A DNA stretch of 64,000 nucleotides from an uncultured Bacteroidia bacterium (lineage in GTDB: Bacteria; Bacteroidota; Bacteroidia; JANWVE01). Every line of letters begins with the position of its first letter. Within the stretch, counting starts at the first letter, position 1. Below the pieces are notes generated by a model, which ran no database searches, had not been told where the DNA came from, and saw only the letters and a list, made by a program, of their open reading frames with translations. Made by a program: the position numbers and the translations under genes. Shown here in pieces: positions 1 to 9,911 of the stretch. The DNA lies in contig CALIZB010000014.1 of the NCBI GenBank assembly GCA_938028625.1, positions 7,044-71,043 of the forward strand, written 5' to 3'.

Positions 1-236
1 TCAGAAAGTATATCGCTTGGGTCTACACTAAATCCTTGATTGCTGTTGAATACATAAATTTTTTTTGCTCCTTTGCTCGTGTTTATTGAAGCAAATTTTC
101 CTTTGATATTTTGAAAAGTGTATTTTTTACCATTATAATTTGGATTAAAGTCGTTTTCAAAGGTAAGAATGGGATTTTGCCCATATAAGTACACAAAAAA
201 ATAAACACACAGACTACTAACTGTTGCTCTAATCAT
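1..236 (-). CDS. hypothetical secreted protein, N-terminal part only (gene runs off the window start)
   Basis: ATG at 236..234 on the minus strand, with an open frame to the window edge. Translation MIRATVSSLCVYFFVYLYGQNPILTFEN... has a hydrophobic, signal-peptide-like N-terminus. Not in the supplied ORF track because there is no stop inside the window. Confidence 0.3.
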   Translation of the reverse strand, partial: MIRATVSSLCVYFFVYLYGQNPILTFENDFNPNYNGKKYTFQNIKGKFASINTSKGAKKIYVFNSNQGFSVDPSDILS

Positions 237-283
237 AAATAATATGCAAAAGTACAAATTTTCAGGTTAATAAGGTTTTTTCA

Positions 284-320
284 AAATAAAAAAGGCGCGC
301 AAAAGAGCGCACCTTTTGAG
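284..320 (-). terminator. rho-independent terminator downstream of the aldolase gene
   Basis: GGCGCGC-AAAAGAG-CGCACC hairpin (minus-strand RNA GGUGCGC..GCGCGCC with one G-U pair), followed by a U-run on the minus strand. Confidence 0.55.
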
Positions 321-341
321 TATTACAGATATTGTTTTTGT

Positions 342-1403
342 TTATGCGATAGTGATTTTTTTGTTCAAATACACATCTTGAATAGCATTAAGCAATTTTA
401 CCCCTTCTTTCATATCTTTTTGGAAGGCTTTTCTGCCTGAAATTAGACCTGCGCCGCCTGCACGTTTGTTTACAACTGCTGTAAATACTGCTTCTGCGAG
501 GTCAGTTGCGCCTTTGGATTCTCCACCTGAGTTAATCAGTCCTGCTCTGCCCATGTAACAGTTAGCTACTTGATAACGGCATAAATCAATAGGGTGTTCA
601 GAAGAGAGTTGAGAGTACATTTTTTCATGTGTTTTACCAAATTTGAGAGCAGTAAAACCGCCGTTGTTGGTAGGAAGTTTTTGTTTAATAATATCCGCTT
701 GGATAGTTACGCCGAGGTGATTAGCTTGTCCTGTCAGGTCTGCGGCGGTATGATAATCTTTTTCTGTTGTTTTGAAAGAGCTATTACGGGTATAACACCA
801 CAAAATAGTAGCCATGCCGAGTTCATGGGCTAAGGCAAAGGCTTCGGCAACTTCTACGATCTGACGGGAGGACTCCGCAGAACCAAAGTAAATGGTTGCA
901 CCTACGGCTACCGCACCTAAATTCCATGCTTCTTTTACTGTACCAAACATAATTTGGTCGTACTTGTTTGGATAGGTCAAAAATTCATTATGATTGATTT
1001 TTACAATAAAAGGGATTTTATGTGCATACTTGCGGGATACCGCACCGAGTACGCCATACGTAGTAGCGACAGCAGAGCACCCTCCTTCAATAGCAAGTTT
1101 TACAATATTTTCAGGGTCAAAGTAAATAGGATTAGGTGCAAAAGATGCTCCGCCTGAATGTTCTATACCTTGGTCTACGGGAAGAATGGATAGATAACCT
1201 GTATTGGCTAATCTGCCATTGCCAAAAAGTTGTCCTAAACTACGTAGTACCTGCGGATTACGGTCAGAAGAAACCCATACATTGTCAATAAAATTTTTAT
1301 TGGGTTTATGCAATAAGTCTTTGCTTATCGTTTTGCATTCGTGGTTAAGCAAGTATTCTGCTTGGTTGCCTAACAATTCTACGATTTGCTCGTAAGTCAT
1401 CAT
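342..1403 (-). CDS. class I fructose-bisphosphate aldolase (DhnA/FbaB family)
   Basis: Translation matches the class I aldolase family over its full length (…[14 protein letters not shown]…, TIM-barrel aldolase motifs). The track ORF extends to 1490, but the extra 29 aa are hydrophobic junk. The real start is probably the MMTYEQ Met pair at 1403/1400. Confidence 0.75.
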   Translation of the reverse strand: MMTYEQIVELLGNQAEYLLNHECKTISKDLLHKPNKNFIDNVWVSSDRNPQVLRSLGQLFGNGRLANTGYLSILPVDQGIEHSGGASFAPNPIYFDPENIVKLAIEGGCSAVATTYGVLGAVSRKYAHKIPFIVKINHNEFLTYPNKYDQIMFGTVKEAWNLGAVAVGATIYFGSAESSRQIVEVAEAFALAHELGMATILWCYTRNSSFKTTEKDYHTAADLTGQANHLGVTIQADIIKQKLPTNNGGFTALKFGKTHEKMYSQLSSEHPIDLCRYQVANCYMGRAGLINSGGESKGATDLAEAVFTAVVNKRAGGAGLISGRKAFQKDMKEGVKLLNAIQDVYLNKKITIA

Positions 1404-1557
1404 GCGTGCAAAATAACAGCAAAAATTAGATATAAAAAAATCTTGCAGGTTCAGAAAACAAAAAATGACACAAAAAACTGTTATAGACAATAAAAATGTA
1501 ACAACTTATGTGGTTTTATATTCGGTTGCAAACTTTCAATAGAATACTAGATGTATT

Positions 1558-3180
1558 CTATCTTGCCTGTTGGTATTCTCCCCATACCTTGCGGAGGGTA
1601 TCTGCAATTTCGCCTAGTGTTGCATACTGTTCTACGGCGTACAAGATATGCGGAATCAAGTTTTCTGTACCTGTTGCCGCATGATGTATATTTTGCAGGG
1701 CTTTTTCTACTTCTTGAGCATTGCGTTCTTGTTTAACTTGCTGAATTTTTTGTATTTGTACCTGACGGATACTATCATCAATGCGGAGTGCATCTGTATA
1801 TTTTTCTTCTTTGGTAGTAAATTTGTTCACACCAACGATAATTTTTGAACCTTCCTCAATACCTCTCTGATAGAGATAAGCAGAACGGGCAATTTCGTCT
1901 TGGATATATCCTTGTTCTATGGCATTTACGCTACCGCCCATTTCATCAATTATACGGATGTATTCATTGGCTTTCTCTTCAATCTGTTGGGTTAAACTTT
2001 CTACAAAATAAGAACCTGCCAAAGGGTCTACGGTATCAGCTACGCCGCTTTCATAAGCAATAATCTGCTGAGTGCGCAAAGCAATTTGAGCGGCTTTTTC
2101 CGTAGGTAAAGAAATAGCTTCATCATAGCCGTTGGTATGCAGGCTTTGCGTTCCTCCAAGTACAGCTGAGAGTGCTTGTAATGTAACACGTATAATGTTA
2201 TTTTCAGGTTGTTGTGCAGTAAGGGTAGAACCTCCTGTTTGTGTATGAAATCTTAACATCATAGCGCGGGGATTAGTTGCGCCAAAATCTTTCATGATTT
2301 TTGCCCACATTCTGCGTGCTGCGCGGAATTTAGCAATTTCTTCAAAAAAATTATTATGTGCATTAAAAAAGAAACTTAATTGTTGTCCGAATACATTTAT
2401 ATCCAGATTGCGTTCTATTGCGGCTTTGACATAACTTTTTCCATTAGATAAAGTAAAAGCTAATTCTTGTGCCGCAGTTGCACCGGCTTCGCGTATATGA
2501 TAACCTGATATAGAAATGGTATTCCATTTAGGTAGTTCATTAGAACACCACTCAAAAATATCGGTAATTAAGCGCATAGAAGGTTTAGGAGGATAAATAT
2601 ACGTACCGCGTGCCGCATATTCTTTGAGAATGTCATTTTGGATTGTACCTGAAATTTTTTTTAAGTCTGCTCCTTGTTTTTTGGCAAGAGCTACATACAT
2701 GCATAAAAGTGTAGATGCTGTAGCGTTAATAGTCATAGACGTAGTGATTTTTTCTAATTCTATACCTTTGAATAGGGTTTCCATATCCCTAAGCGTATCT
2801 ATGGCAACGCCTACTTTGCCTACTTCACCGTCAGCAAAGTCGTGGTCTGAGTCATAACCGATTTGGGTAGGTAAGTCAAAAGCAACAGAAAGCCCCATTG
2901 TTCCTTGACTTAATAGATAATGATACCTTTTGTTGGATTCTTCTGCTGTGGAAAAACCTGCATACTGGCGCATTGTCCATAGTTTTCCTCTGTACATGGT
3001 TGGTAAAATGCCCCGTGTATAAGGAAATTCTCCTGGATATTCTTCAGGTATAGGTACAGGTGTGTATATACGTTGTATCTCTATGCCTGAATCTGTCATA
3101 AAGCGTTCTGCCCGTTCAGGATTTTTGCTCAGAAAAGGCTGTAAATATTTTTCTTCCCAGATTTGTTTTTTCTCACTCAT
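1558..3180 (-). CDS. methylmalonyl-CoA mutase family protein, catalytic (N-terminal, TIM-barrel) domain only
   Basis: 540 aa with MCM substrate-binding motifs ([18 protein letters not shown], …[14 protein letters not shown]…). No C-terminal B12-binding domain and no adjacent B12-binding or MeaB gene. Confidence 0.8.
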   Translation of the reverse strand: MSEKKQIWEEKYLQPFLSKNPERAERFMTDSGIEIQRIYTPVPIPEEYPGEFPYTRGILPTMYRGKLWTMRQYAGFSTAEESNKRYHYLLSQGTMGLSVAFDLPTQIGYDSDHDFADGEVGKVGVAIDTLRDMETLFKGIELEKITTSMTINATASTLLCMYVALAKKQGADLKKISGTIQNDILKEYAARGTYIYPPKPSMRLITDIFEWCSNELPKWNTISISGYHIREAGATAAQELAFTLSNGKSYVKAAIERNLDINVFGQQLSFFFNAHNNFFEEIAKFRAARRMWAKIMKDFGATNPRAMMLRFHTQTGGSTLTAQQPENNIIRVTLQALSAVLGGTQSLHTNGYDEAISLPTEKAAQIALRTQQIIAYESGVADTVDPLAGSYFVESLTQQIEEKANEYIRIIDEMGGSVNAIEQGYIQDEIARSAYLYQRGIEEGSKIIVGVNKFTTKEEKYTDALRIDDSIRQVQIQKIQQVKQERNAQEVEKALQNIHHAATGTENLIPHILYAVEQYATLGEIADTLRKVWGEYQQAR

Positions 3181-3320
3181 GAAGGCAAAAATACATAAAT
3201 TTATACTATTTTATTGATTTTACGCGTATTGGTTTTTGGTTTTTGAGCAACAAGTAAGTTTATTGAGTTCCTCCATTAGCAATATATAGCGACATTTACA
3301 TCATTTTTAACATTTCCGAA

Positions 3321-3351
3321 TTGTATTTTTCGGTTCTTTTTTGTAACTTTG
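3321..3351 (+). promoter_or_regulatory. Bacteroidota sigma-A promoter (TTG -33 and TAACTTTG -7) for the IscA-like gene
   Basis: TTG at 3321-3323, a 20-nt spacer, then TAACTTTG at 3344-3351, about 30 nt upstream of the ATG at 3381. Confidence 0.4.
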
Positions 3352-3380
3352 TTATTCAATAAAACGTTATTCTTACATAT

Positions 3381-3743
3381 ATGGAAAATCCCGTTGTTGA
3401 AACAGTTGTAGAGTCTCCTATAAAAATCACAGAGAATGCTATAAAGGAGATAAAAAATATCATAGTTCAAAAAAATGTACCCGAAGGATATGGCTTACGT
3501 GTAGGCGTACAAGGCGGAGGTTGTTCAGGTTTGTCTTATCAGCTTGGTTTTGATAAACCCCGAGAGCATGATAATCAATATATTGTAAATGAACTTTTAG
3601 TTATTATAGATAAGCGTCATTTAATGTATATTGCAGGTATGGAAATTGATTTTCAGGACGGCTTAAACGCAAGAGGTTTTACTTTCAACAATCCAAATGC
3701 AAAAAGTACTTGCGGCTGTGGTAGTTCTTTTTCTACAAAATAA
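3381..3743 (+). CDS. HesB/IscA/ErpA-family iron-sulfur cluster insertion protein
   Basis: 120 aa with a conserved Cys triad (GGGCSGLSY … CGCGSSF) at the C-terminus. Confidence 0.8.
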   Translation: MENPVVETVVESPIKITENAIKEIKNIIVQKNVPEGYGLRVGVQGGGCSGLSYQLGFDKPREHDNQYIVNELLVIIDKRHLMYIAGMEIDFQDGLNARGFTFNNPNAKSTCGCGSSFSTK

Positions 3744-3770
3744 AAACAAAAAACTGCATTACAAGATAAA

Positions 3771-3798
3771 AGTCCCCATTTTATTGGGGACTTTTTCT
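3771..3798 (+). terminator. rho-independent terminator
   Basis: AGTCCCCA-TTTTATT-GGGGACT hairpin followed by TTTTT. Confidence 0.6.
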
Positions 3799-3938
3799 AT
3801 TCTATACTTGAAATTATTTGGTTTTACTTCTCTTTTGGCATTTTGACTTCGGTTGGTGAGCAGTTCAACAAGCTCAATTACCCAAAGAGAAGGCATCTAC
3901 GGCGAACCAATTTTGTTTTATTAAATTAAGAAATCTTT

Positions 3939-4883
3939 TTATTCTATCATCAATTTTTGTTGATGGAACCTATTTTTACCTTGCAAACGCAGGATATACA
4001 TACCCTTCGGGATATTGCTAACATCTATTATATTACTTCCTGCGGGGTAGTATGCTTGATATATTTCTTTTCCTGTTAGGTCATATAATTGATACCATGC
4101 GGGTTCTGCACAACTTACATTTACTTCTGTACGAGCAGGATTAGGATAAATCTTGGCAGGAAGTTCGCTTATACTTTGGTCTTGAACAGCTAATACAATA
4201 TCGTCAAATACATCAAACCTGCTAGATAAGCGAATTTCAAACTGATATACGGTGTCTGCCGTTATACCTCCGCCAGGTGTTAATACACTTGAAAAAATAT
4301 AAGTATTATATCCAGGTTGACCTAATACAAGAGCGTAGTAGTCAGGCTTATATAAATCAAATGAACCATAAGGGATTCCCATTCTATGTACAGGGAATAT
4401 AGAAGGTTCAGAAGGAGCACTGTTATAGACAATAGCACTCCAAGTATGGCAACTTGCCCCTGAAAATTTTGTGTAATCCCATGTGAGTGTTACAGGAAAG
4501 TTTTTGCCCTTGCAACGAAAAAAGACATGAAAACCTTGCATAGAAATTAAAGAACTATCAGAGTCTTGGTAGCAATATACAGGGTGAGAAGTACGCTTAC
4601 CTATACAGATTTTGGAGAAAGATGACGCATAAAAAAAACCATGCGCTCTTGCTTCAAAAACACTATCCCAAGGTACGCTCCAGGTATTTTGTTCGCCAAA
4701 TATGGTATCTATACCACTGTTGGTAGCCAAGGAGTCATAGCCTAAAGTGATAGTATCTTTATGGTGGGCTTGGTCCTCAAAGGCTATTTTTATACTGAAT
4801 TGTGGGGTTAAGATTTGGCTAAATGCCATACTGCTAAATAAGCAGAACAGAATGAACGCACTTAATTTTATGTGATTTTTCAT
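3939..4883 (-). CDS. secreted hypothetical protein with a T9SS C-terminal sorting domain
   Basis: N-terminal signal peptide (MKNHIKLSAFILFCLFSSMAFSQ). C-terminal ~80 aa match the Por/T9SS CTD pattern (IYPNPARTEVNV … GMYILRLQ …). Confidence 0.6.
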   Translation of the reverse strand: MKNHIKLSAFILFCLFSSMAFSQILTPQFSIKIAFEDQAHHKDTITLGYDSLATNSGIDTIFGEQNTWSVPWDSVFEARAHGFFYASSFSKICIGKRTSHPVYCYQDSDSSLISMQGFHVFFRCKGKNFPVTLTWDYTKFSGASCHTWSAIVYNSAPSEPSIFPVHRMGIPYGSFDLYKPDYYALVLGQPGYNTYIFSSVLTPGGGITADTVYQFEIRLSSRFDVFDDIVLAVQDQSISELPAKIYPNPARTEVNVSCAEPAWYQLYDLTGKEIYQAYYPAGSNIIDVSNIPKGMYILRLQGKNRFHQQKLMIE

Positions 4884-4903
4884 AATTATAGCTCCTTTCT
4901 TTA

Positions 4904-6541
4904 TTAACGTTGTAAGATTATTTTTAAGTAAGAATTTTGTTTATTATCTGAAATAATAAAGTATAAACCGTTAGGCATGTCTAAACGAGGCTCCCAAGTT
5001 GCAAAATAGACGTCCTGAGCGACAAAAGTATCTACTACTTTACCTGTAATGTCTATTACTTGTATGTGTTGGGTAGGATAAACAAAAGTAAGATTGGCTT
5101 TATCTATAACGGGATTAGGATATACTTGTGCAGTAGTGTTCTCTTTTTGTACAGTTGGGGCTAATCTTTCACAAGGATTAGGATTATTGTATACTATCCA
5201 TTGAGATTGTTCATGCCAGGATACACAACTGGTATTGACAGCCATTTTTATTTTATAGATTTTACCATGTTCAAAATTATACAAACTGCTCAAATTTCTT
5301 AAAAAAGAATATACATCTACGGTACGCCAACCTGAATAATAAGGACCTGTTACAGTATTACTGCCTATGGCATTGGTTTCAAATATTTCTATAAACTGGT
5401 TTGCAAAACTATACCATGTACCATACCAACCTCCCCCCATAAACACTTCTCCACAACCATTTGTATTGAGGTGGAAAAAACTATATGGAGGACTACCTAC
5501 AGGAGGACAACTTTCACACTTATGTCTATATTTGGTTACATAATTAGTATTGGTATATTTTTTTGCGGAGGCATTTCCACTTGTCCATAATAGTCCTCCG
5601 CTAAGAGTAGTATGCACTCTATATAGTTGGTCGGGGGTAAGTATACTCTGACATATAGTACAAAGTCCGTCATTAACAATAGTATTGTACTCTGATTTAT
5701 TATTACAGTCAGGTGTATCTTGGCAGAAGTCTCTGTATTCCAAAATATTATTTGTATGGTGCAGTCCTAATAAGTGCATTATTTCATGGTTAAATACTTT
5801 GTGTACAGCTACATAATCAGACCATATAGTATTCTGCCAATGTAGGCCTGTGCTTACGTTATACCCTTGCCAATGATTTTTAAGAAAACAAGCCATGTTA
5901 TTATCAGAACCTGGTACGCCAAATACGTATCCTGACGGTCCAGAAGTATTAGAAAAGAGATAAATTTGTATACAACTATCTTTTTTTACAGCATAAATAT
6001 CTTTATATAAAGATGTAGCATAGGTATAGTATTCATTATAGCTGGTACTATTTCTGTGAAAGTACACATCTTGTAAGGTGTAAAGCACACGTTTGGGAAA
6101 TACAGCAGGGTAAGGGGCAGAAAGGGGAGAGCAAGTATGGAATGGGGTTTGTTTTAGTGTATCATTAGGTATCATAATGGTATTAGCAGCGTGTATAAGC
6201 TCTGCGGCATAACGGTATCCGTTCCATTGGTAATGATAATCGCTGGGTGCTCCCGAAGGAACAGGGTCATTTACTCTACCATCATTAAATTCATTGAAAT
6301 TTCCTGTACCATCACTTTTAAGCATAAAATGGACTATTACACGCAAGTTTACTGTACTTTCACCACACGCATAGGTAAAGTTTGTTTTCAGATGGTTAGT
6401 GGTATCTAACACGGTTTCTGCGTGTGGGTCTGGAATAATTGTTTCAGGCCTTAGTCCGCAGGTGGATGACATTTTTTCCTGTATTTCCTGTGCGTACATA
6501 CCTTTACAACTAATAAAGATTATTACTAGAATTTTCGCCAT
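4904..6541 (-). CDS. metzincin-type zinc metalloprotease (HExxHxxGxxH) with a T9SS C-terminal sorting domain
   Basis: HEIMHLLGLHH motif. C-terminal VYPNPVIDKANLTF … GLYFIISDNK … T9SS CTD. N-terminal signal-like segment. Confidence 0.65.
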   Translation of the reverse strand: MAKILVIIFISCKGMYAQEIQEKMSSTCGLRPETIIPDPHAETVLDTTNHLKTNFTYACGESTVNLRVIVHFMLKSDGTGNFNEFNDGRVNDPVPSGAPSDYHYQWNGYRYAAELIHAANTIMIPNDTLKQTPFHTCSPLSAPYPAVFPKRVLYTLQDVYFHRNSTSYNEYYTYATSLYKDIYAVKKDSCIQIYLFSNTSGPSGYVFGVPGSDNNMACFLKNHWQGYNVSTGLHWQNTIWSDYVAVHKVFNHEIMHLLGLHHTNNILEYRDFCQDTPDCNNKSEYNTIVNDGLCTICQSILTPDQLYRVHTTLSGGLLWTSGNASAKKYTNTNYVTKYRHKCESCPPVGSPPYSFFHLNTNGCGEVFMGGGWYGTWYSFANQFIEIFETNAIGSNTVTGPYYSGWRTVDVYSFLRNLSSLYNFEHGKIYKIKMAVNTSCVSWHEQSQWIVYNNPNPCERLAPTVQKENTTAQVYPNPVIDKANLTFVYPTQHIQVIDITGKVVDTFVAQDVYFATWEPRLDMPNGLYFIISDNKQNSYLKIILQR

Positions 6542-6685
6542 TCGGCTGCGCCATTCGGCGCAGAGAATGTAATTTTAAGATGGGATGATTTCATAGGTAT
6601 TATGATAATATAGTAGATTTGAACATATACAAAATAAGTAAAACTTATTTATTTTGTCAAGTTAAATTTTAACAATTTTTCATTC

Positions 6686-6727
6686 TTAAAAAAAGAATAG
6701 GCTATTGAGGTTAAAAATAGCCTATTC
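6686..6727 (-). terminator. rho-independent terminator of the TonB-dependent receptor gene
   Basis: Perfect inverted repeat GAATAGGCTATT / AATAGCCTATTC around a 9-nt loop, followed by a U-run on the minus strand. Confidence 0.6.
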
Positions 6728-6761
6728 CGAGAGTAAGTAATACAAATAATCTGTGAAAGTA

Positions 6762-9665
6762 TTAAAATCTGTATCCTATGCTTATGCTGCTTGTAAAGCC
6801 TTGTCGTGTTTTGATGAATATTTGGTCATCTTTTTCTATCAATTTGTTATCTCTATTTCCATCTTGAATAAAGCGATAGTAATTATTGAGCATATCTCTG
6901 AAATTTAAACGCACTTCATAGTGTTTTTTGAATACTTTGGCAATTTGTAAATCTAATTGGTGGCGGGGTAATTCGTAAATATCGGGGTTATTTTCACTAC
7001 CTACAAGATAAATACGAGGACCAAATACATTATACAACAAAGATACAGAAAATTCTTTATTAACATTGTTATACATCACACCACCATTAAGCAAATATGG
7101 GGATTGACCTTGCAAAGGACGGTTGTAAGTATAAACATTGTATTTACTTTTTGTGCTATCTAAAAATATCTCAGATTTAATGAGTGCGGCGTTAAATAAA
7201 ACATAAAAATGCTGTAATTTGCTACTTACACTACGTAAAGATTTGCGTATTTCTGCTTCTACACCATAATTGTAAGCGGCATCAGCATTTCTAAACGTGA
7301 AGGTAGGATTAGTGGCAAAAATTGCATATAACTCAACAGGATTGATGAATTTTTTATAGAATACACTTACAGAGAGCAACTCACCTGCTGTGGGGAATAG
7401 CTCAAAACGAGCGTCTATATTGGTAATTTTACATCTTTTTAAGTCAGGGTTACCAAGTACTAAACCGTTCAAAATAAAGTCATTGAAAGCAAAAGGTGCT
7501 AATTCTCTAAACTCAGGACGGCTAACAGTTTGATAATACGCGGCACGCAAGTTAATTTTCTCTGTAAGCATATAAGTTAGGTTAGCGGAAGGTAAAAAAT
7601 CATTTACGATAGTATTTACAGTAACGGTAGAGTCATAGCTGCTTTGAAGTGGTTTATAGCTTTGTAGAAGTTGCTGGAAACGTTCTAATCTAACACCTGT
7701 ATTCAATTTTATTTTTTGGTAACTCCAGTCCGTCATAACATAAGCACCTGTATTCAAACCGCCAATCACGAGGTAGTTATCAGATGGGCGGGTGAGTTCG
7801 CTTAAAATGAATTTATCTTTTTCAAATACATTTCCACTGAGATTTTGCGGAGCAAATATTTGGTCTTCGGGTAGTGTTAAAGGAGAGTAAAAACCGTTAG
7901 ATGGGTCATGAAAAGTAGTCATTAAAGCACTTTGTTTCATAGCAATATTACGTGCTGTAAAATCTCTAAATTTATTATTAAAGAACGTACCTGTTTTTAT
8001 CTTAACCTCTACGGTATGTGATTTCGGGCTACTTGTATCTGATAATCTGAATTTGTAGGGTAAGGTAACATCAAGTCCGCCGTTATACATTCTATCTATA
8101 AGACTGGAATAAAATCGTGAACCAGAAGCAGAGTATCCTAAATCTGAATTACGTGTGGGTACTTGTGCATACCAAGTAGTATCTGAAAAAGAACGATAGT
8201 AAAGTAAACGTCTAAAATCAGGTTCTTGTCTGTCTGATGTAGAAGTAGCTAAACGCCATTGTACTTTGTAACCTTGATATTTTTTAGCGAAGAAATGCTC
8301 ACCTCCTACTTGACCTGCTCTTAAATTACGCGATAAGTAGCGTTGTGCTGTCATACGAATTTCTTCATTGGTTCTATAATCTTCGCCTGTTCGTAGGTTT
8401 ACACTTTCATTAGCATTTTGGTTATACATGGTTCGTACTACAATTTTGTGATTAGAATTAAGTTTAATACCTGCATTGAGTAATCCGCCCCAGGCTACTG
8501 TGGTTTGATATTCTTTTTCTGAGAACTTGAACTGACGAGTGGTATCTTCATAAAGTTGTCTTGTATGAGAAAGAAAATTTTCGTTTATTCTGTAATTTAG
8601 TCCAAAGCTGATGCCTACTTCTTTTTTAGCTATATTAAACCTTTCCTGAACAGTACAAGCAAAATTGTGGTTAGGTGCTCCTGTGCGTTCCTGTGGTTTC
8701 CAAGTATTTTTGAACTTTTTGCCATAGTCAGCGAGATTAGACTTATTTTCAGGAGTAGTGTTGTTGTAAAACCAATCTTGAACTATGGTAGTAGAGGTTT
8801 TATCAGGGAGTACGCGTTCTGTTTTATCATATCCTAACCAATCCGTACTACTTCCTTTTTGGTGATAAAAAGGCTTAAAAGTAGCCATATCGTTGTAGCC
8901 TATACCATAACTAACGTTAGCAGAGAATTTTTCAGGGAAGTCTTTGGTATTTACTTGGATAAATGCTCCTGCAAATTCTGCGTTAATATCTGCGGTAGCG
9001 GTTTTAACAATGTTCATAGAAGAGATAAGCCCTGACGGGAATATGTCCATACTAAATGCTTTTCTATCAGGTTCTGTACTTGGGAGACTAACACCGTTGA
9101 GCGCTAGATTATTATATCTGTCAGATAATCCCCTTACAACAACAAAACGATTATCTACAATAGAAATGCCAGGTAAACGTTTAAGCACGTCAGCGCCATC
9201 GCGGTCGGGAGTTCTGCGTATTATATCTTGTGAGATGTTATCCGAAATGTTAGACATGTTTTTTTGTTGAAGCAAAATAGCAGTGTTAGTTTCTTTGTCC
9301 ACTTCAGCTTCTATTACTACTACTTGTGTAGTAATAGCGTCAGAGGCTTCCATAACGGTATTAAGAGTAATGGTTTTTCCTTCTTCTACTTTTACGTTGG
9401 TAATTTTACGGGTTTTGTAGGAAATATAAGTAAAAACCACGTTATATGCACCTGCGGGTACTTTAAGTTCATAATTTCCTTCAATATCCGTAGTAGTACC
9501 ATAGTTGGTAGGAGCATTACCTTCGGATTTTTCCAGACTTATAACTACTCCGATAAGCAGTTCGCCTGTGTTGTTGTCTGAAACTGTTCCTCTGATAGTA
9601 CCGTCAGCCCATGTATTAAAGGATAAAATAATTGAGAAAATCAGAATAAGTGTTTTACGTAACAT
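6762..9665 (-). CDS. TonB-dependent outer-membrane receptor with an N-terminal carboxypeptidase-regulatory-like domain
   Basis: 967 aa. Signal peptide, CarbopepD_reg-like beta-sandwich (TIRGTVSD … YELKVPAGAYNV), plug and beta-barrel, terminal aromatic residue (…IGYRF). No SusD partner nearby. Confidence 0.85.
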   Translation of the reverse strand: MLRKTLILIFSIILSFNTWADGTIRGTVSDNNTGELLIGVVISLEKSEGNAPTNYGTTTDIEGNYELKVPAGAYNVVFTYISYKTRKITNVKVEEGKTITLNTVMEASDAITTQVVVIEAEVDKETNTAILLQQKNMSNISDNISQDIIRRTPDRDGADVLKRLPGISIVDNRFVVVRGLSDRYNNLALNGVSLPSTEPDRKAFSMDIFPSGLISSMNIVKTATADINAEFAGAFIQVNTKDFPEKFSANVSYGIGYNDMATFKPFYHQKGSSTDWLGYDKTERVLPDKTSTTIVQDWFYNNTTPENKSNLADYGKKFKNTWKPQERTGAPNHNFACTVQERFNIAKKEVGISFGLNYRINENFLSHTRQLYEDTTRQFKFSEKEYQTTVAWGGLLNAGIKLNSNHKIVVRTMYNQNANESVNLRTGEDYRTNEEIRMTAQRYLSRNLRAGQVGGEHFFAKKYQGYKVQWRLATSTSDRQEPDFRRLLYYRSFSDTTWYAQVPTRNSDLGYSASGSRFYSSLIDRMYNGGLDVTLPYKFRLSDTSSPKSHTVEVKIKTGTFFNNKFRDFTARNIAMKQSALMTTFHDPSNGFYSPLTLPEDQIFAPQNLSGNVFEKDKFILSELTRPSDNYLVIGGLNTGAYVMTDWSYQKIKLNTGVRLERFQQLLQSYKPLQSSYDSTVTVNTIVNDFLPSANLTYMLTEKINLRAAYYQTVSRPEFRELAPFAFNDFILNGLVLGNPDLKRCKITNIDARFELFPTAGELLSVSVFYKKFINPVELYAIFATNPTFTFRNADAAYNYGVEAEIRKSLRSVSSKLQHFYVLFNAALIKSEIFLDSTKSKYNVYTYNRPLQGQSPYLLNGGVMYNNVNKEFSVSLLYNVFGPRIYLVGSENNPDIYELPRHQLDLQIAKVFKKHYEVRLNFRDMLNNYYRFIQDGNRDNKLIEKDDQIFIKTRQGFTSSISIGYRF

Positions 9666-9721
9666 GGGTACAAAAATTTAGGATTTTTATTAGTGCACTG
9701 TTTTTGGAGTGTTAATATATT

Positions 9722-9756
9722 GTTAAATAAAAAAACACCCCGTTTTGTGAGGTGTT
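9722..9756 (-). terminator. putative terminator downstream of the SPOR-domain gene
   Basis: AACACC-(11 nt)-GGTGTT hairpin, followed on the minus strand by UUUUUUAUUU. Confidence 0.35.
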
Positions 9757-9911
9757 TTTGAAGGTGTTTTACCAAATATCTATTTTATTATCATCTTTTT
9801 TCTTATTTCCGCCTTTTTTGTTCTCATCAGCAATTTCGGGGTCTGCCCAGTCTATCACGGGTCGGTTCTTCGTACCTGAGTTGTTATTGGTGGAGTTGTT
9901 GTTTGTGTTTT

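Noticed and set aside
342-1490. Extra 29 N-terminal residues on the aldolase ORF, and similar 5' extensions on ORFs at 10871, 21485, 25147, 26509, 39573, 51044 and 53330
   Set aside because: The extensions are hydrophobic or low-complexity, lack homology-like patterns, and have internal Met codons that match family-typical starts. Six-frame ORFs always run back to the first upstream start.
3181-3380. Cobalamin riboswitch upstream of the MCM-like gene
   Set aside because: No B12-box-like consensus (GCCACTG core) or the expected conserved structure. The region instead carries divergent promoter motifs.
6762-9665. Possible SusC/SusD polysaccharide utilisation locus
   Set aside because: The receptor lacks an adjacent SusD-like lipoprotein gene and a regulator. 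It is called a generic TonB-dependent receptor.
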